Shown: positions 1 through 10,211 of the stretch, in pieces
Layout: each line of letters opens with the position of its first letter
How positions within the stretch are numbered: the stretch's first letter is position 1
Source: Azolla caroliniana
Lineage: Eukaryota > Plantae > Polypodiophyta
DNA length: 64,000 nucleotides
Direction: 5' to 3'
Assembly: GCA_043228905.1 (NCBI GenBank)
Contig: JBHGNT010000010.1
Location: forward strand, 5,456,001-5,520,000
Position numbers and translations under genes: made by a program
Notes under the pieces: generated by a model
The model's database searches: none
Seen by the model: the letters and a program-made list of their open reading frames with translations, nothing else
Told to the model about the DNA's origin: nothing

Positions 1-6
1 GCGGAT

Positions 7-690
7 ATGATGAAGATTCCATATGCCTCTGCCATCGGGAGCTTGATGTACACAATGGTGTGTACCCGACCGGATATAGGATACGCAGTCGGAGTGGTGA
101 GCCGGTTTATGAGCAATCCCGGCAAGGAGCACTGGAACGCGGTCAAATGGATACTCCGGTATTTGAAGGGCACTTCAAATATGTTTCTCCGATTCGGCTC
201 TAGAAAACCTCAACTTGACGGTTTCACCGATTCGGACATGTCAGCTGATGTGGACACCAGCCGGTCTACATCCGGGTATGTAATGACATATGCAGGGGGT
301 GCTGTTTCGTGGCAGTCGAGGCTGTAGAAGACGGTTGCATTGTCAACCACGAAGGCGGAGTACATAGCAGCTATGGAAGCCGGCAAGGAAATCTTATGGA
401 TGAAGGACTTCATCGGAGAGCTTGGTATCCGGCAAGATGAATACCGGCTCTATTGCGATAGTCAAAGTGCCATCCATCTTGCTAAGAATGCGGCCTACCA
501 TTCCCGGACGAAGCATATCCAGCGAAGATATCAATGGATCCGGGAAAGAGTAGATGACCCTGAGTTCGCGCTGACGAAGATCCACATGGCCGAGAACGGA
601 TCAGATATGCTGACCAAAGTGCTGATACCCGACAAGCTGGATGCATGTCGTAAGAGGATCGGACTAGTAAGACACCCCATGCCGGAGTGA
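7..690 (+). pseudogene. Ty1/Copia pol C-terminus (end of RT plus RNase H), interrupted by an in-frame stop at 325-327
   Basis: Copia motifs YASAIGSLMYTMVCTRPDI, DSDMSADVDTSRSTSGY, STTKAEYIA, KHIQRRY and SDMLTK. Followed by PPT AGGGGGAGTT (~691-700). Confidence 0.93.
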
Positions 691-700
691 AGGGGGAGTT

Positions 701-1381
701 TGTTGGGAGACAGGTCCCTCCGGATGGGAAGGGAGAAGAATAGTGCCTATGAACAAACTCGGCCGAGGCCGATAGGCCGAGGCTGGAACCGTATGAGGAG
801 TACCCGGCTACGGAGAGCTGGATGGTGCAGACCCGGTGAGAACCGGATGAGGAGTACCCGGCTACGGAGAGCCGGATGGTGCATACCCGGTGAGAACCGG
901 ATGAGGAGTACCTAGCTACGGAGAGCCGGATGGTGCAGACCCAGTGAGAACCGTATGAGGAGTACCCGGCTACGGAGAGCCGGATGGTGCAGACCCGGTG
1001 AGAACCGTATGAGGAGTACCCGGCTACGTAGAGCCGGATGGTGTAGACCCGGTGAGAACCGGATGAGGAGTAGCCGGCTACGGAGAGCCGGATGGTGCAG
1101 ACCCGGTGAGAACCGGATGAGGAGTACCCGGCTACGGAAAGCCGGATGGTGCAGAGCCGGTGAGAACCGGATGAGGAGTACCCTACTACGGAGAGCTGGA
1201 TGGTGTAGACCCGGTGAGAACCGAATGAAGAGACATATTCGTAAATATGTTTCTGAGAGTCCATCATGGCTATATTTGTAAATAGCCGAAATGTCATATT
1301 AGTATAAATATGACTTAGGGCAAACTTTTAGTAGTGTTGTCATTCTTGTTGGTGCAAGGAGAGAGAGAGCGCGTAACTGTG

Positions 1382-1432
<51 letters not shown>

Positions 1433-1700
1433 GTTGTTGCCTATGTTGTAACCGCCGCCTGTGGCGAGGATTGTGACCACGAGGTCGTTGCCTCCATGAA
1501 CTCATTGTTGTACATTCTAACATAATGATAGTTTCCAGCCTGTGGGCTGCCGTGGTTTTTTCCCTTAGTTTGGGTTTTCCACGTAAACATCCTGCGTACT
1601 CGTCTCTTCTTCGTGTCGTTCATTATTTCCCGTTTTCTATGTATGATCTAAGCTTGGTTGTGGCCGAGCGTCGTGTATAGGGAGCGTGCAGTTCTCGTCA
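701..1700 (+). mobile_element. 3' LTR of the Copia element (5' part lies outside the window)
   Basis: Starts TGTTGGG directly after the PPT. Has TATAAATA near 1303 and (GA)n at ~1386-1427. Ends ...TCGTCA at 1700, where tRNA-array sequence begins. Confidence 0.85.
787..1228 (+). repeat. 54-bp minisatellite (8 full units plus a partial) in the LTR U3
   Basis: Unit AACCGGATGAGGAGTACCCGGCTACGGAGAGCCGGATGGTGCAGACCCGGTGAG starts at 787, 841, 895 and so on to 1165. Confidence 0.95.
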
Positions 1701-2407
1701 ATACGTTGCATCGCCGATTGGTTCACATGTTGTTGAACTTGGATTGAAGACTTCGGCATTAAAGAGTATGCAAGATAGGGGTTGTAGCTCAAATGGTAGA
1801 GCGCTCGTTTCGCATTTGAGAGGTACCGGATCCCATACCCCCTTTTCCAATTGTGTTATCTTGATACGTTGCATATTTGATTGTTTCACGTGTTGTTAAA
1901 TCGTGGATTAAAGACCTCAAAATTAAAGAGCATACAAGACACAACATGTAGCTCAAATGGTAGAGCATTTCCTTCGCATGCAAGAGGTATGGGGATCGAT
2001 ACACCACTTCTCCGATTATGTTACCCCACTTCACATTGGAGCTTAATAATCATGGATTCCAACATATGGAATCCATCTAATATGCATGTTGGAGCATACT
2101 GGCCTTGGACATATCGGATCCTCCTTTCAATTTCGTGAATAAAACAAGTTCTCCAATTGTGTTCTCTTGATACGTTGCATCTTTGATTGTGTCATGTGTT
2201 GTTCAACCTAAGTTGAAGACATCGAAAACTATGCAAGATAGGGGATGTACAACTCAAATGGTAGAGCGCTCGCTTCGCATGCGATAGGTATGGGGATGGA
2301 TACCCCACTTCTCCAATTGTATTATTAGAATACACTGCATTTTTTATTGCTTCACATGTTGTTGAACCATGGATTGAAGAAAACAACATTAAACAGCATG
2401 CAAGACA

Positions 2408-2480
2408 GGGGATGTAGCTCAAATGGTAGAGTGCTTGCTTCGCATGCAAGAGGTACGGGAATCGATACCCCGCTTCTCCA
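2408..2480 (+). tRNA. tRNA-Ala(CGC)-like array copy, probably a pseudogene
   Basis: 73 nt with G3:U70 and anticodon stem CTTGC/GCAAG. Has a U6:U67 mismatch and G53 changed to A. Confidence 0.6.
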
Positions 2481-3020
2481 ATTGTGTTACCCCACTTCGC
2501 ATTGGAGCATTTTGATCATGGACATATAAGATTCATCTTATATGTATATTGGAGCATAATGATCTTCGACATATTGTATCCTCCTTTCATTTTCATAAAT
2601 ATAACTGCTTCTTCAATTGTGCGTGGATCGATACCCTGCTTCTCCAATTGTGTTACCCCACTTCACATTGGAGCATAATGATCATTGACATATTTGATCC
2701 ATCTTATATGCATATTGGAGCATAATGAGCATGGACATATTGGATAGTCCTTTCCGTTTACATGAATATAACCACTTCATCAATTGTGTTATCTTGATAT
2801 GTTGCATCACCGATTGCTTCACGTATTGTTGAACTTGGATTGAAGAATTCGGCATTATAGAGTATGAAAGATAGGGGATGTAGCTGAAATGGTAAAGCGC
2901 TTGCTTCGTGAGAGGTATGGGGACCGATACCCCCTATTCCATTTGTGTTATCTTGATACATTGCGTCTTCGATTACTTCACGTGTTGTTGAACTATGGAT
3001 TGAAGGCCTCAACACTAATA

Positions 3021-3093
3021 GGAGATGTAGCTCAAATGGTAGAACGCTTGCTTCGCATGCAAGAGGTACAGGGATCGATACCCTGCTTCTCCA
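3021..3093 (+). tRNA. tRNA-Ala(CGC)-like array copy
   Basis: Cloverleaf with T-stem CAGGG/CCCTG. G3 is changed to A, which removes the G3:U70 alanine identity pair. Confidence 0.55.
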
Positions 3094-3817
3094 ATTGTGT
3101 TACCCCACATCGCATTCGAGCATAATGATCATGGAGTTCGACATATTGCATCCATCTTATATGCATATTGGAGCATAATCAACATGGACATATCGGATCC
3201 ACCATGGAGTCCGACATATTGCATCCATCTTATATGCATATTGGAGCATAATCAACATGGACATATCGGATCCACCTTTCCATTTCATGAATATAACTGT
3301 TTCTCCAATTGTGTTACCTTGATATGTTGCCTCTACGATTGCTTCACGTGTTGTTGAACCTGAATTGGAGACATCGGCATTAAAGAGTATGCAAGATAGG
3401 GGATGTAGTTGAAATGGTAGAGCGCTCTCTTCGCATGTGAGAGGTACGGGGACCGATTACACCCTATGTTATCTTGATATGTTGCATCTCTAATTGAAGA
3501 CCTCAACATTAAAGAGCATACAAGATAGGGAATGTCGCTCAAGTGGTAGAATGCTTGCTTTGCATGCAAGAGGTACGGGATCGATACACCGCTTCTCAAA
3601 CTGTGTTACCCCACTTCGCATTGGAGCATAATGATCATGGAGTCCGACACATCAAATCCATCTTATATGCATTGCCAGCATGGACTTATCAGATCCTCCT
3701 TTAAATTTCATGATTATAACCGCTTCTCCAATTGTGTTATCTTGGTAGGTTGCATCTATGATTGTTTCACGTGTTGTTAAACCTCAGTTGGTGACATTGG
3801 CACAACTATGCAAGATA

Positions 3818-3890
3818 GGGGATGTAGCTCAAATGGTAGAGTGCTTGCTTCGCATGCAAGAGGTATGGGGATCGATACCCCACTTCTCCA
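3818..3890 (+). tRNA. tRNA-Ala(CGC)-like array copy, near intact
   Basis: All stems pair except U6:U67. T-stem is TGGGG/CCCCA. TTTT at 3897-3900 could act as a Pol III terminator. Confidence 0.65.
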
Positions 3891-5721
3891 ATTGTATTTT
3901 CTTGATACATTGTGTTTTCAATTGCTTCACATGTTGTTGAACCATGGATTGAAGACCTCAACATTTAAGAACATGCAAGACAGGGAATGTAGCTCAAATC
4001 GTAGAGCGCTTGCTTCATATGCGGGAGGTACGGGGATGGATACCCCGCTTCTCCAATTGTGTTACCAAACTTCGCATGCATTGGAGCATAATGATCATGG
4101 ACATATTGGATCCATTTTATATGCATATTGGAGCATAATGACCTTGGAGAATTGGATCCTCCTTTCATTTTCATGAATATAACCGCTTCTTCAATTGTGC
4201 GAGATCGATACCCCTCTTCTCCAATTGTGTTACGCCACTTCGCATTGGAGCATTTTGATCATGGACATATTGGATCCATTTTATATGCATATTGGAGGAT
4301 AATGACCTTGGACATATTGGATCCTCCTTTCATTTTCATGAAGATAACGCTTCTTCAATTGTGCAGGATCGATACCCCGCTTCTCCAATTGTGTTACCCC
4401 ACTTCGCATTGGAGCATAATGATCATCGACATATCCGATCCATCTTATATGCATACTGGATCATAATGACCATGGACATATTGGATCCTCCTTTCATTTT
4501 CATGAATATAACCACTTCTTCCATCGTGTTATCTTGATGCGTTGCATCGCCGATTGCTTCACGTGTTGTTGAACTTGGATTGAAGACTTCGACATTAAAG
4601 AGTATGCAAGATAGGGGTTGTAGATCAAATGGTAGAGCGCTCGTTTCGTATTTGAGAGGTACCGGGACCCATACCCCCCTTTCCCAATCGTGTTATCTCT
4701 AACTGTTTCACGTGGATTGAAGATCTTAACATTAAATAGTATACAAGATAGGGGTTGTAGCTAAATGGTAGAGTGCTTGCTTTGCATGTGATAGGTTTGG
4801 GGATCCATACCCCCCTTCTCCAATTGTGTTACCCCACTTCACATTGGAGCATAATGATCATGGAGTCAAACATATTGAATCCATCTTATATGCCTATTGG
4901 AACATAGTGACCATGGACATATCAGATCCTCCTTTCAATTTCATGAATATAACCACTTCGAGAATTGTGTTATCTTGATACGTTGCGTTCCTGATTGCTT
5001 AACGTGTTGTTGAACCTAAGTTGAAGATATCGCCAATAAAAACTATTCAAAACAAGGGATGTAGCTCAAATGGTAGAGTGCTCGCTTCACATGTGATCAG
5101 CGTTGTTTACGTACGCGTATTTAACGTATCAATACGTATAATACCTCATACTTTGTATAGTACGTACTATATGTCAATGTTGTTCAGTCAAATATCATGT
5201 AAATTTTTCTAATACGGTATTTAACGTACTTTTAAAACAATAGGTATAATACGTATTTATAAAAAAAATGTATGCAAAACCCTAAAATAAAGAAAAGAAA
5301 AAAACGATTTTAGTGAAGAAGGAAGAAAGAAGAAGAAGAAAACGAAGGAAGACGAACAAGAAGAGGAAGAAGAGGAAGAACAAGAACAAGAAGACCAAGA
5401 AGAGGAAGAAGAAGAAGAAGAAAGAGGACGAGGAATCAATCGAAACCTTGGTTTGAAGACAATCAATTGTCTTCATACAAAGGCAACAAACAAAGATCTA
5501 CACTATATAGAAGACAAATTTTTATTGGGCCCAATTCTTGTGAGTGTGAGGTATGTTTAACCTTAATATGCATATGCTTGGATAGTAGTTTTCTAACTTT
5601 AATATGCAATGAAGTCACATTTTCTTTTTGGTTTTCATTCACTAGCATAGAGAAAGATGGACCTACTAGCCTAAAAACAATAGTGTAGTCTTGCTTATTG
5701 ATTTCATGTTTGATTAGAATG

Positions 5722-6331
5722 CTTGGTTAGTTTATTAGTAATTGATTACCCAAAGAGCAGCCATTGAAAGGGGAGGCTAATTCAATTAAGCTTCAATTAG
5801 TTTCAGTTAGAGTATTTCACATGGCATTAATAGTTTGTGCAACTCAATCATGTATTTCGCTAAATTGGTTTTAAATTATGTTTTTCACTTGCCATGAACA
5901 TGAAGGTTAATATGAAAGTGCAGCCCAAGGATATGAGTAGCTATGGTAGGCAAGAATACACACAGAAAAATGTATCTACAAACATCTATTCTTTTGAAAA
6001 TGTTGTAGTCTTCTCTTTTCAGTTCTAGTCTTAGTATGAATTTAAGTTCTAGTCTTGGTTAGTTTATTAGTAATTGAGTACCTAAAGAGCAGCCATTGGA
6101 AGGGGAGGCTAATTCAATTAAGCTTCAATTAGTTTCAGTTAGAGTATTTCACATGGCATTCATAGCTTGTGCAGCTCAATCATGTATTTCGTTTAATTGG
6201 TTTTAAATTATGTTTTCACTAGCCATGAACATGAAGGTTAATATGAAAGTGCAACCCAAGGATATGAGTAGCTATGGTAGGCAAGAATACACACAGAAAA
6301 ATGTATCTACAAACATCTATTCTTTTGAAAA
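5722..6331 (+). repeat. ~280-bp direct repeat pair inside the hAT element (~5722-6000 and ~6054-6331)
   Basis: CTTGGTTAGTTTATTAGTAATTGA...AAACATCTATTCTTTTGAAAA occurs twice. Confidence 0.85.
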
Positions 6332-6439
6332 TCTATTGAAAACTATATAAGATGTAGTATGTATCACGTATTAATAGACCCACTAATTTATGTGGAAAAA
6401 TTGTACTTGACACTTGAATGTTATATCTTATTTTGTGAA

Positions 6440-7388
6440 TTGCATGAATATCTGAATGGTACAGGGACATTTAGCTATGAATTAGCACATGAGGAGAGAT
6501 CTATGATGATGCCAGTCACTTGGTGGGAAAATTTTGGTGGAAGAACTCCAAAGCTCCAAGCATTAGCTATTCGCATATTATCCCAAGTAAGTGTCAAGTG
6601 TTGAAAAAATGATCAATTTTATAAGTTTTGAAATAGCTCACTTTTGTGTACTACATTTTATTTCATATTTTACTTTTTATTAGGATTTCTCTTCTGGGGC
6701 AGCAGAAAGTAATTGGAATGTACATGCTCTCACACATATGATAAATAGAAACAAACTAAAGGTAGCCCAACTTGAACGATTGGTATATGTGCGAGAGAAC
6801 TTACGGCTAGTTCGCAAGTTTGAGACTGTGAATGCATCTCCAATGCAGGTATTTTTTTATTCATTCTTTTTATAATTTATATTCCTCAATATTCTTAAGT
6901 ACTAATAACTAGTTTCTGCCATCGACACACTAGTTTGTGATACTTAGAAGTTAAAGCTTTTATAAACTTGTTTGCAGGTGAATCCAAATGAGATAGATGT
7001 CTCTAAGACTCCTGATATTCCATCTATTAGCCATGAAAATGATATGGATAGAGAATTCTATGAAACTTATTTTCAAGAAACAATGAGCTTGAGAAGAAGG
7101 ACAAGGAGCATGACAAGATCACATATGACAACATCAAGTGATGGAGTCCCTACTAATCGAATATGAAGGCAAAGGCCAAGAAGAGATGATGAGCAGTCTT
7201 CTTGTAATAGGAGAATAACACGATCAAGTACATTTGCTTCTTTACCACTAGATCATCAAGATAATGTCAATGCAATAGAAGAAGCAGTTCATACTAATTA
7301 CGATGATCTTACGAACGAAGAACTAGTGTTGATGTCATCAACTAACACAGAATCCGATGATGAAGATGGTGATGAGGACCAGATCTAA
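6440..7388 (+). pseudogene. hAT transposase C-terminal (dimerization domain) remnant with two GT-AG introns
   Basis: PVTWWENFGGRTPKLQALAIRILSQ, then intron 6587-6683, then DFSSGAAESNWNVHALTHMINRNKLKVAQLERLVYVRENLRL, then intron 6849-6977, then an acidic tail with a premature stop at 7164-7166. Confidence 0.85.
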
Positions 7389-7619
7389 AGACAAATACTT
7401 CTAATTTCTATACGTTATTATTAAGCTCAATAACCTTATGTTACTTGTCTTTGATCTAAGCTCCATTTTGATACATTGGACATAGTTAGAGTTGTATCAA
7501 TATCGTATTTTATTAGAGTAAAATTTTCATCATGTGGTTCTTTTTTACCTTCATTTACTTTCATGAACCTTGAAATATTTGATGTTATGTCTTGTTAAGG
7601 TTTTTGCTCTAAATTTTGT

Positions 7620-8250
7620 TGTTAGAATGCATTCTATTTCTTTGACCAAATGCAATGTGAGGGTATCTCAATGAATGGAATCACATTGGTGGCTCTATTG
7701 AAAGCTTGTTCCAATGTAGGATCTCTAGCCAAGTGTAAAGAAATTCATGTCGAGGTTGCAAAGAAAGGGTTAGAAATAGAAGCTCTTGTGGTGCATTAAA
7801 TGAAGCACAAGAAGTGTTTGAGAGAAATTTGGTTCGAGATATAGTTTCATGGAGATCACTCATGGTGGGAATCGGGATATTCTAAACATGGACATAATAA
7901 GGACTCAAGTGGCATTGGATTGTTTTGAAAAGATGAGGAAACATTGTTGCCTCTTGCCACATGCATTTTCATTGTCTTGTGGGTTGAAAGCTTGTGGAAG
8001 CTTGAGAGATAGACAAAAAGACCGAGAAATACATGCCGACATCGTCAAAATAGGCTTTGAAAAAGATGTCCTTGTTGAAAACACAATAGTCAACATGTAT
8101 GTGAATTGTGGGTTATTGTCGACTGCCCACTACTTGTTTAACACTCTAGTGGTGTGAGATGTGGTTTCACTAAACTCATTGATGGTAAGAAATGCCAAAC
8201 AAGGGCATAACAAGGAGCCTATTTTTTGTTTAGAGGAGATGGTTTCAAAA
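7620..8250 (+). pseudogene. Captured, decayed PLS-class pentatricopeptide repeat (PPR) gene fragment
   Basis: ALDCFEKMRK...FSLSCGLKACGSLRDRQKDREIHADIVKIGFEKDVLVENTIVNMYVNCG matches P-L-S motif consensus. Upstream frames give GITLVALLKACS and EAQEVFERNLVRDIVSW. Contains stops and frameshifts. Confidence 0.85.
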
Positions 8251-8511
8251 GGGGGGTGTACATATCCAACGACTACAGATAGTGTGTGCTTTTTACAATA
8301 TTACAAATATTTTCTTGAAATGTAAATAATTTTCAAATTCTAGAAGTATTTTACGTAATATACGTAAAATACGTATTTTGCGTATTTTATAAGTACTTAA
8401 CATATTACAAAACGTATTTAACGTATTTTTTAATTGGGAGGTATTATACGCGTATTAATACGTTATATATGTATGGTATCCGTACCGTACCTAACGTACC
8501 TAACAACCATG

Positions 8512-10211
8512 CATGCGATAGGTATGGGGATGGATACCCAACTTCTCCAATTGTATTCTCTTCATACATTGCATCTCCGATTGCTTCTCGTGTTGTTGAA
8601 ACATGGATTGAGAACATCAACATTAAAGAGCATGCAAGACAAGGGATGTAGCCAAAATGGTAGAGTGGTTCCTTCGCATGCGAAATGTATAAGGATCGTG
8701 AACCTGCTTCTCCAATTGTGTTACCCCACTTCACATTGGAGCATAATGATCATGGACATTTCAGATCCATCTTATATGCATATTGGAGCATAATCACCAT
8801 GGACAGATGGGATCCTCCTTCCATTTTCATGAATAAATCTGCTTCTTCATTTGGGCGGGGATCGATACCCCGCTTCTCCAATTGTGTTACCCCACATCAC
8901 ATTGGAGCATAATGATTGTCGACATATCAGATCCATCTTATATGCATATTGGAGCATAGTAACCACGGACATATGAGATCCTCCTTTCAAATTCATGAAT
9001 ATAACCACTTCTCCAATGGTGTTATCTTGATACATTGCGTCTATGATTTCTTCACGTATTATTGAACCTGGATTAAAGACCTTAGCATTAACGAGCATGC
9101 ACGATGGGGGATGTATCTCAAATGGTACACCTCTCGCTTCACATGTGAGAGGACCTCAACATTAATGAGTATGCAAGACAGGGGATGTAGCTCAAATGGT
9201 CGAGTGCTTGCTTCGCATGCGAGAGGTACGGGGATCGATACCCCGCTTCTCCAATTGTGTTACCCAACTTCGCATTGGAGCATTATGATCATGCACATAT
9301 CGGATCCATCTCATATGCTTAATGATATTGGACATATCGGATCCTCGTTTCATTTTCATGAATACAACCGCTTCTTCAATTTTGCGGGGATCGGTACCCC
9401 GCTTCTCCAATTGTGTTACCCCACTTCGCATTGGAGCATAAGGATCATCGGCATATCAGATCCATCTTATATTATGCATATTGGAGCATAATAACTATGG
9501 ACATATTGGATCTTCCTTTCATTTTCATGAATATAACCGCTTCGTCAATTGTGTTATCTTGATATGTTGCATCATCGATTGCAGACTTCAGCATTAAAGT
9601 GTATGCAAGATATGAGATGTAGCTCAAATGGTAGAGCGCTTGCTTCGCATGTGAGAGGTACGGGGCCCGATACCCCCCTTTTCCAATTGTGTTATCTTGA
9701 TACGTTGCGTTTCTGATTGCTTCACGTGTTGTTTAACCGTGGATTCAAGACCTCAACATGAAAGAGCATACAAGACAGGGGATATAGTTCAAATGGTAGC
9801 ATGCTTGCTTCGCATGCGAGAGGCACGGGGATCAATATCCCGCTTCTCCAATTATGTTATCCTATTTCACATTGGAGCATAATGATCATGGAGTCCGACA
9901 TATCGAATCTATCTTATATACATATTAGTGCATATTGACTATGGATATGGACATATCGGATCCTCTTGTCAATTTCATGAATATAACGGTTTCTCCAAGT
10001 GTGTTATGTCGATACGTTGCGTCTCCGAGATTGCGTCACGTGCTGTTGAACCTGAATTGAAGAAATCGGTTAATAATTAAAAAATTATGCAAGACAAGGG
10101 ATGTAGCTCAAATGGTAGAGCGCTCGCTTCTCATGCGAGAGGTATAGGGATAGATACCCCACTTCTCCAATTGTATTTTCTGGGTACGTTGCATATCCAT
10201 TTGCTTCACGT
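8512..10211 (+). repeat. tRNA-Ala-derived tandem array, block 2
   Basis: 3' half of the split unit, then units at ~8642, 9107 (partial), 9181, 9613, 9778 and 10097. Stubs lie near 8856 and 9385. Confidence 0.95.
9181..9253 (+). tRNA. tRNA-Ala(CGC)-like array copy, near intact
   Basis: Full cloverleaf with a perfect T-stem CGGGG/CCCCG and T-loop ATCGATA as in plant tRNA-Ala. Has U6:U67 and A21 changed to C. Confidence 0.65.

Larger units (their letters stand above)
1701..5097 (+). repeat. tRNA-Ala-derived tandem array, block 1 (13 units, the last split by the hAT element)
   Basis: Units resembling GGGGATGTAGCTCAAATGGTAGAGCGCTCGCTTCGCATGCGAGAGGTACGGGGATCGATACCCCGCTTCTCCA start at ~1778, 1942, 2241, 2408, 2874, 3021, 3399, 3528, 3818, 3983, 4614, 4751 and 5055. 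3' stubs lie near 2623, 4198 and 4363. Spacers are conserved. Confidence 0.95.
5098..8511 (+). mobile_element. Non-autonomous hAT DNA transposon with a captured PPR fragment
   Basis: Imperfect TIRs CAGCGTTGTT / AACAACCATG. 8-bp TSD CATGTGAT (5090-5097) / CATGCGAT (8512-8519). Subterminal CGTA/TACG-rich repeats at both ends. Removing the element restores one tRNA unit. Confidence 0.9.

Noticed and set aside
482-1297. 271-aa repetitive ORF and the RRAGWCRPGENR ORFs on the opposite strand
   Set aside because: They result from a 54-bp (18-codon) minisatellite inside an LTR, with no sign of coding function.
5257-5476. Ser- and Phe-rich ORFs
   Set aside because: They come from a GAA-rich low-complexity tract in the hAT 5' region.
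10097-10169. Array units with altered anticodons (CTC here, CAC, CAT or TGC elsewhere) as mistranslating tRNAs
   Set aside because: These copies carry other disabling changes, and most variants fit CpG decay, so pseudogene drift is the simpler explanation.
1701-10211. Array read as CRISPR-like, or as a family of short ORFs (MQDRGCSSNGRVLASHARG...)
   Set aside because: Spacers are homologous rather than unique, there are no cas genes, and the context is eukaryotic. The peptides are translations of the tRNA sequence.
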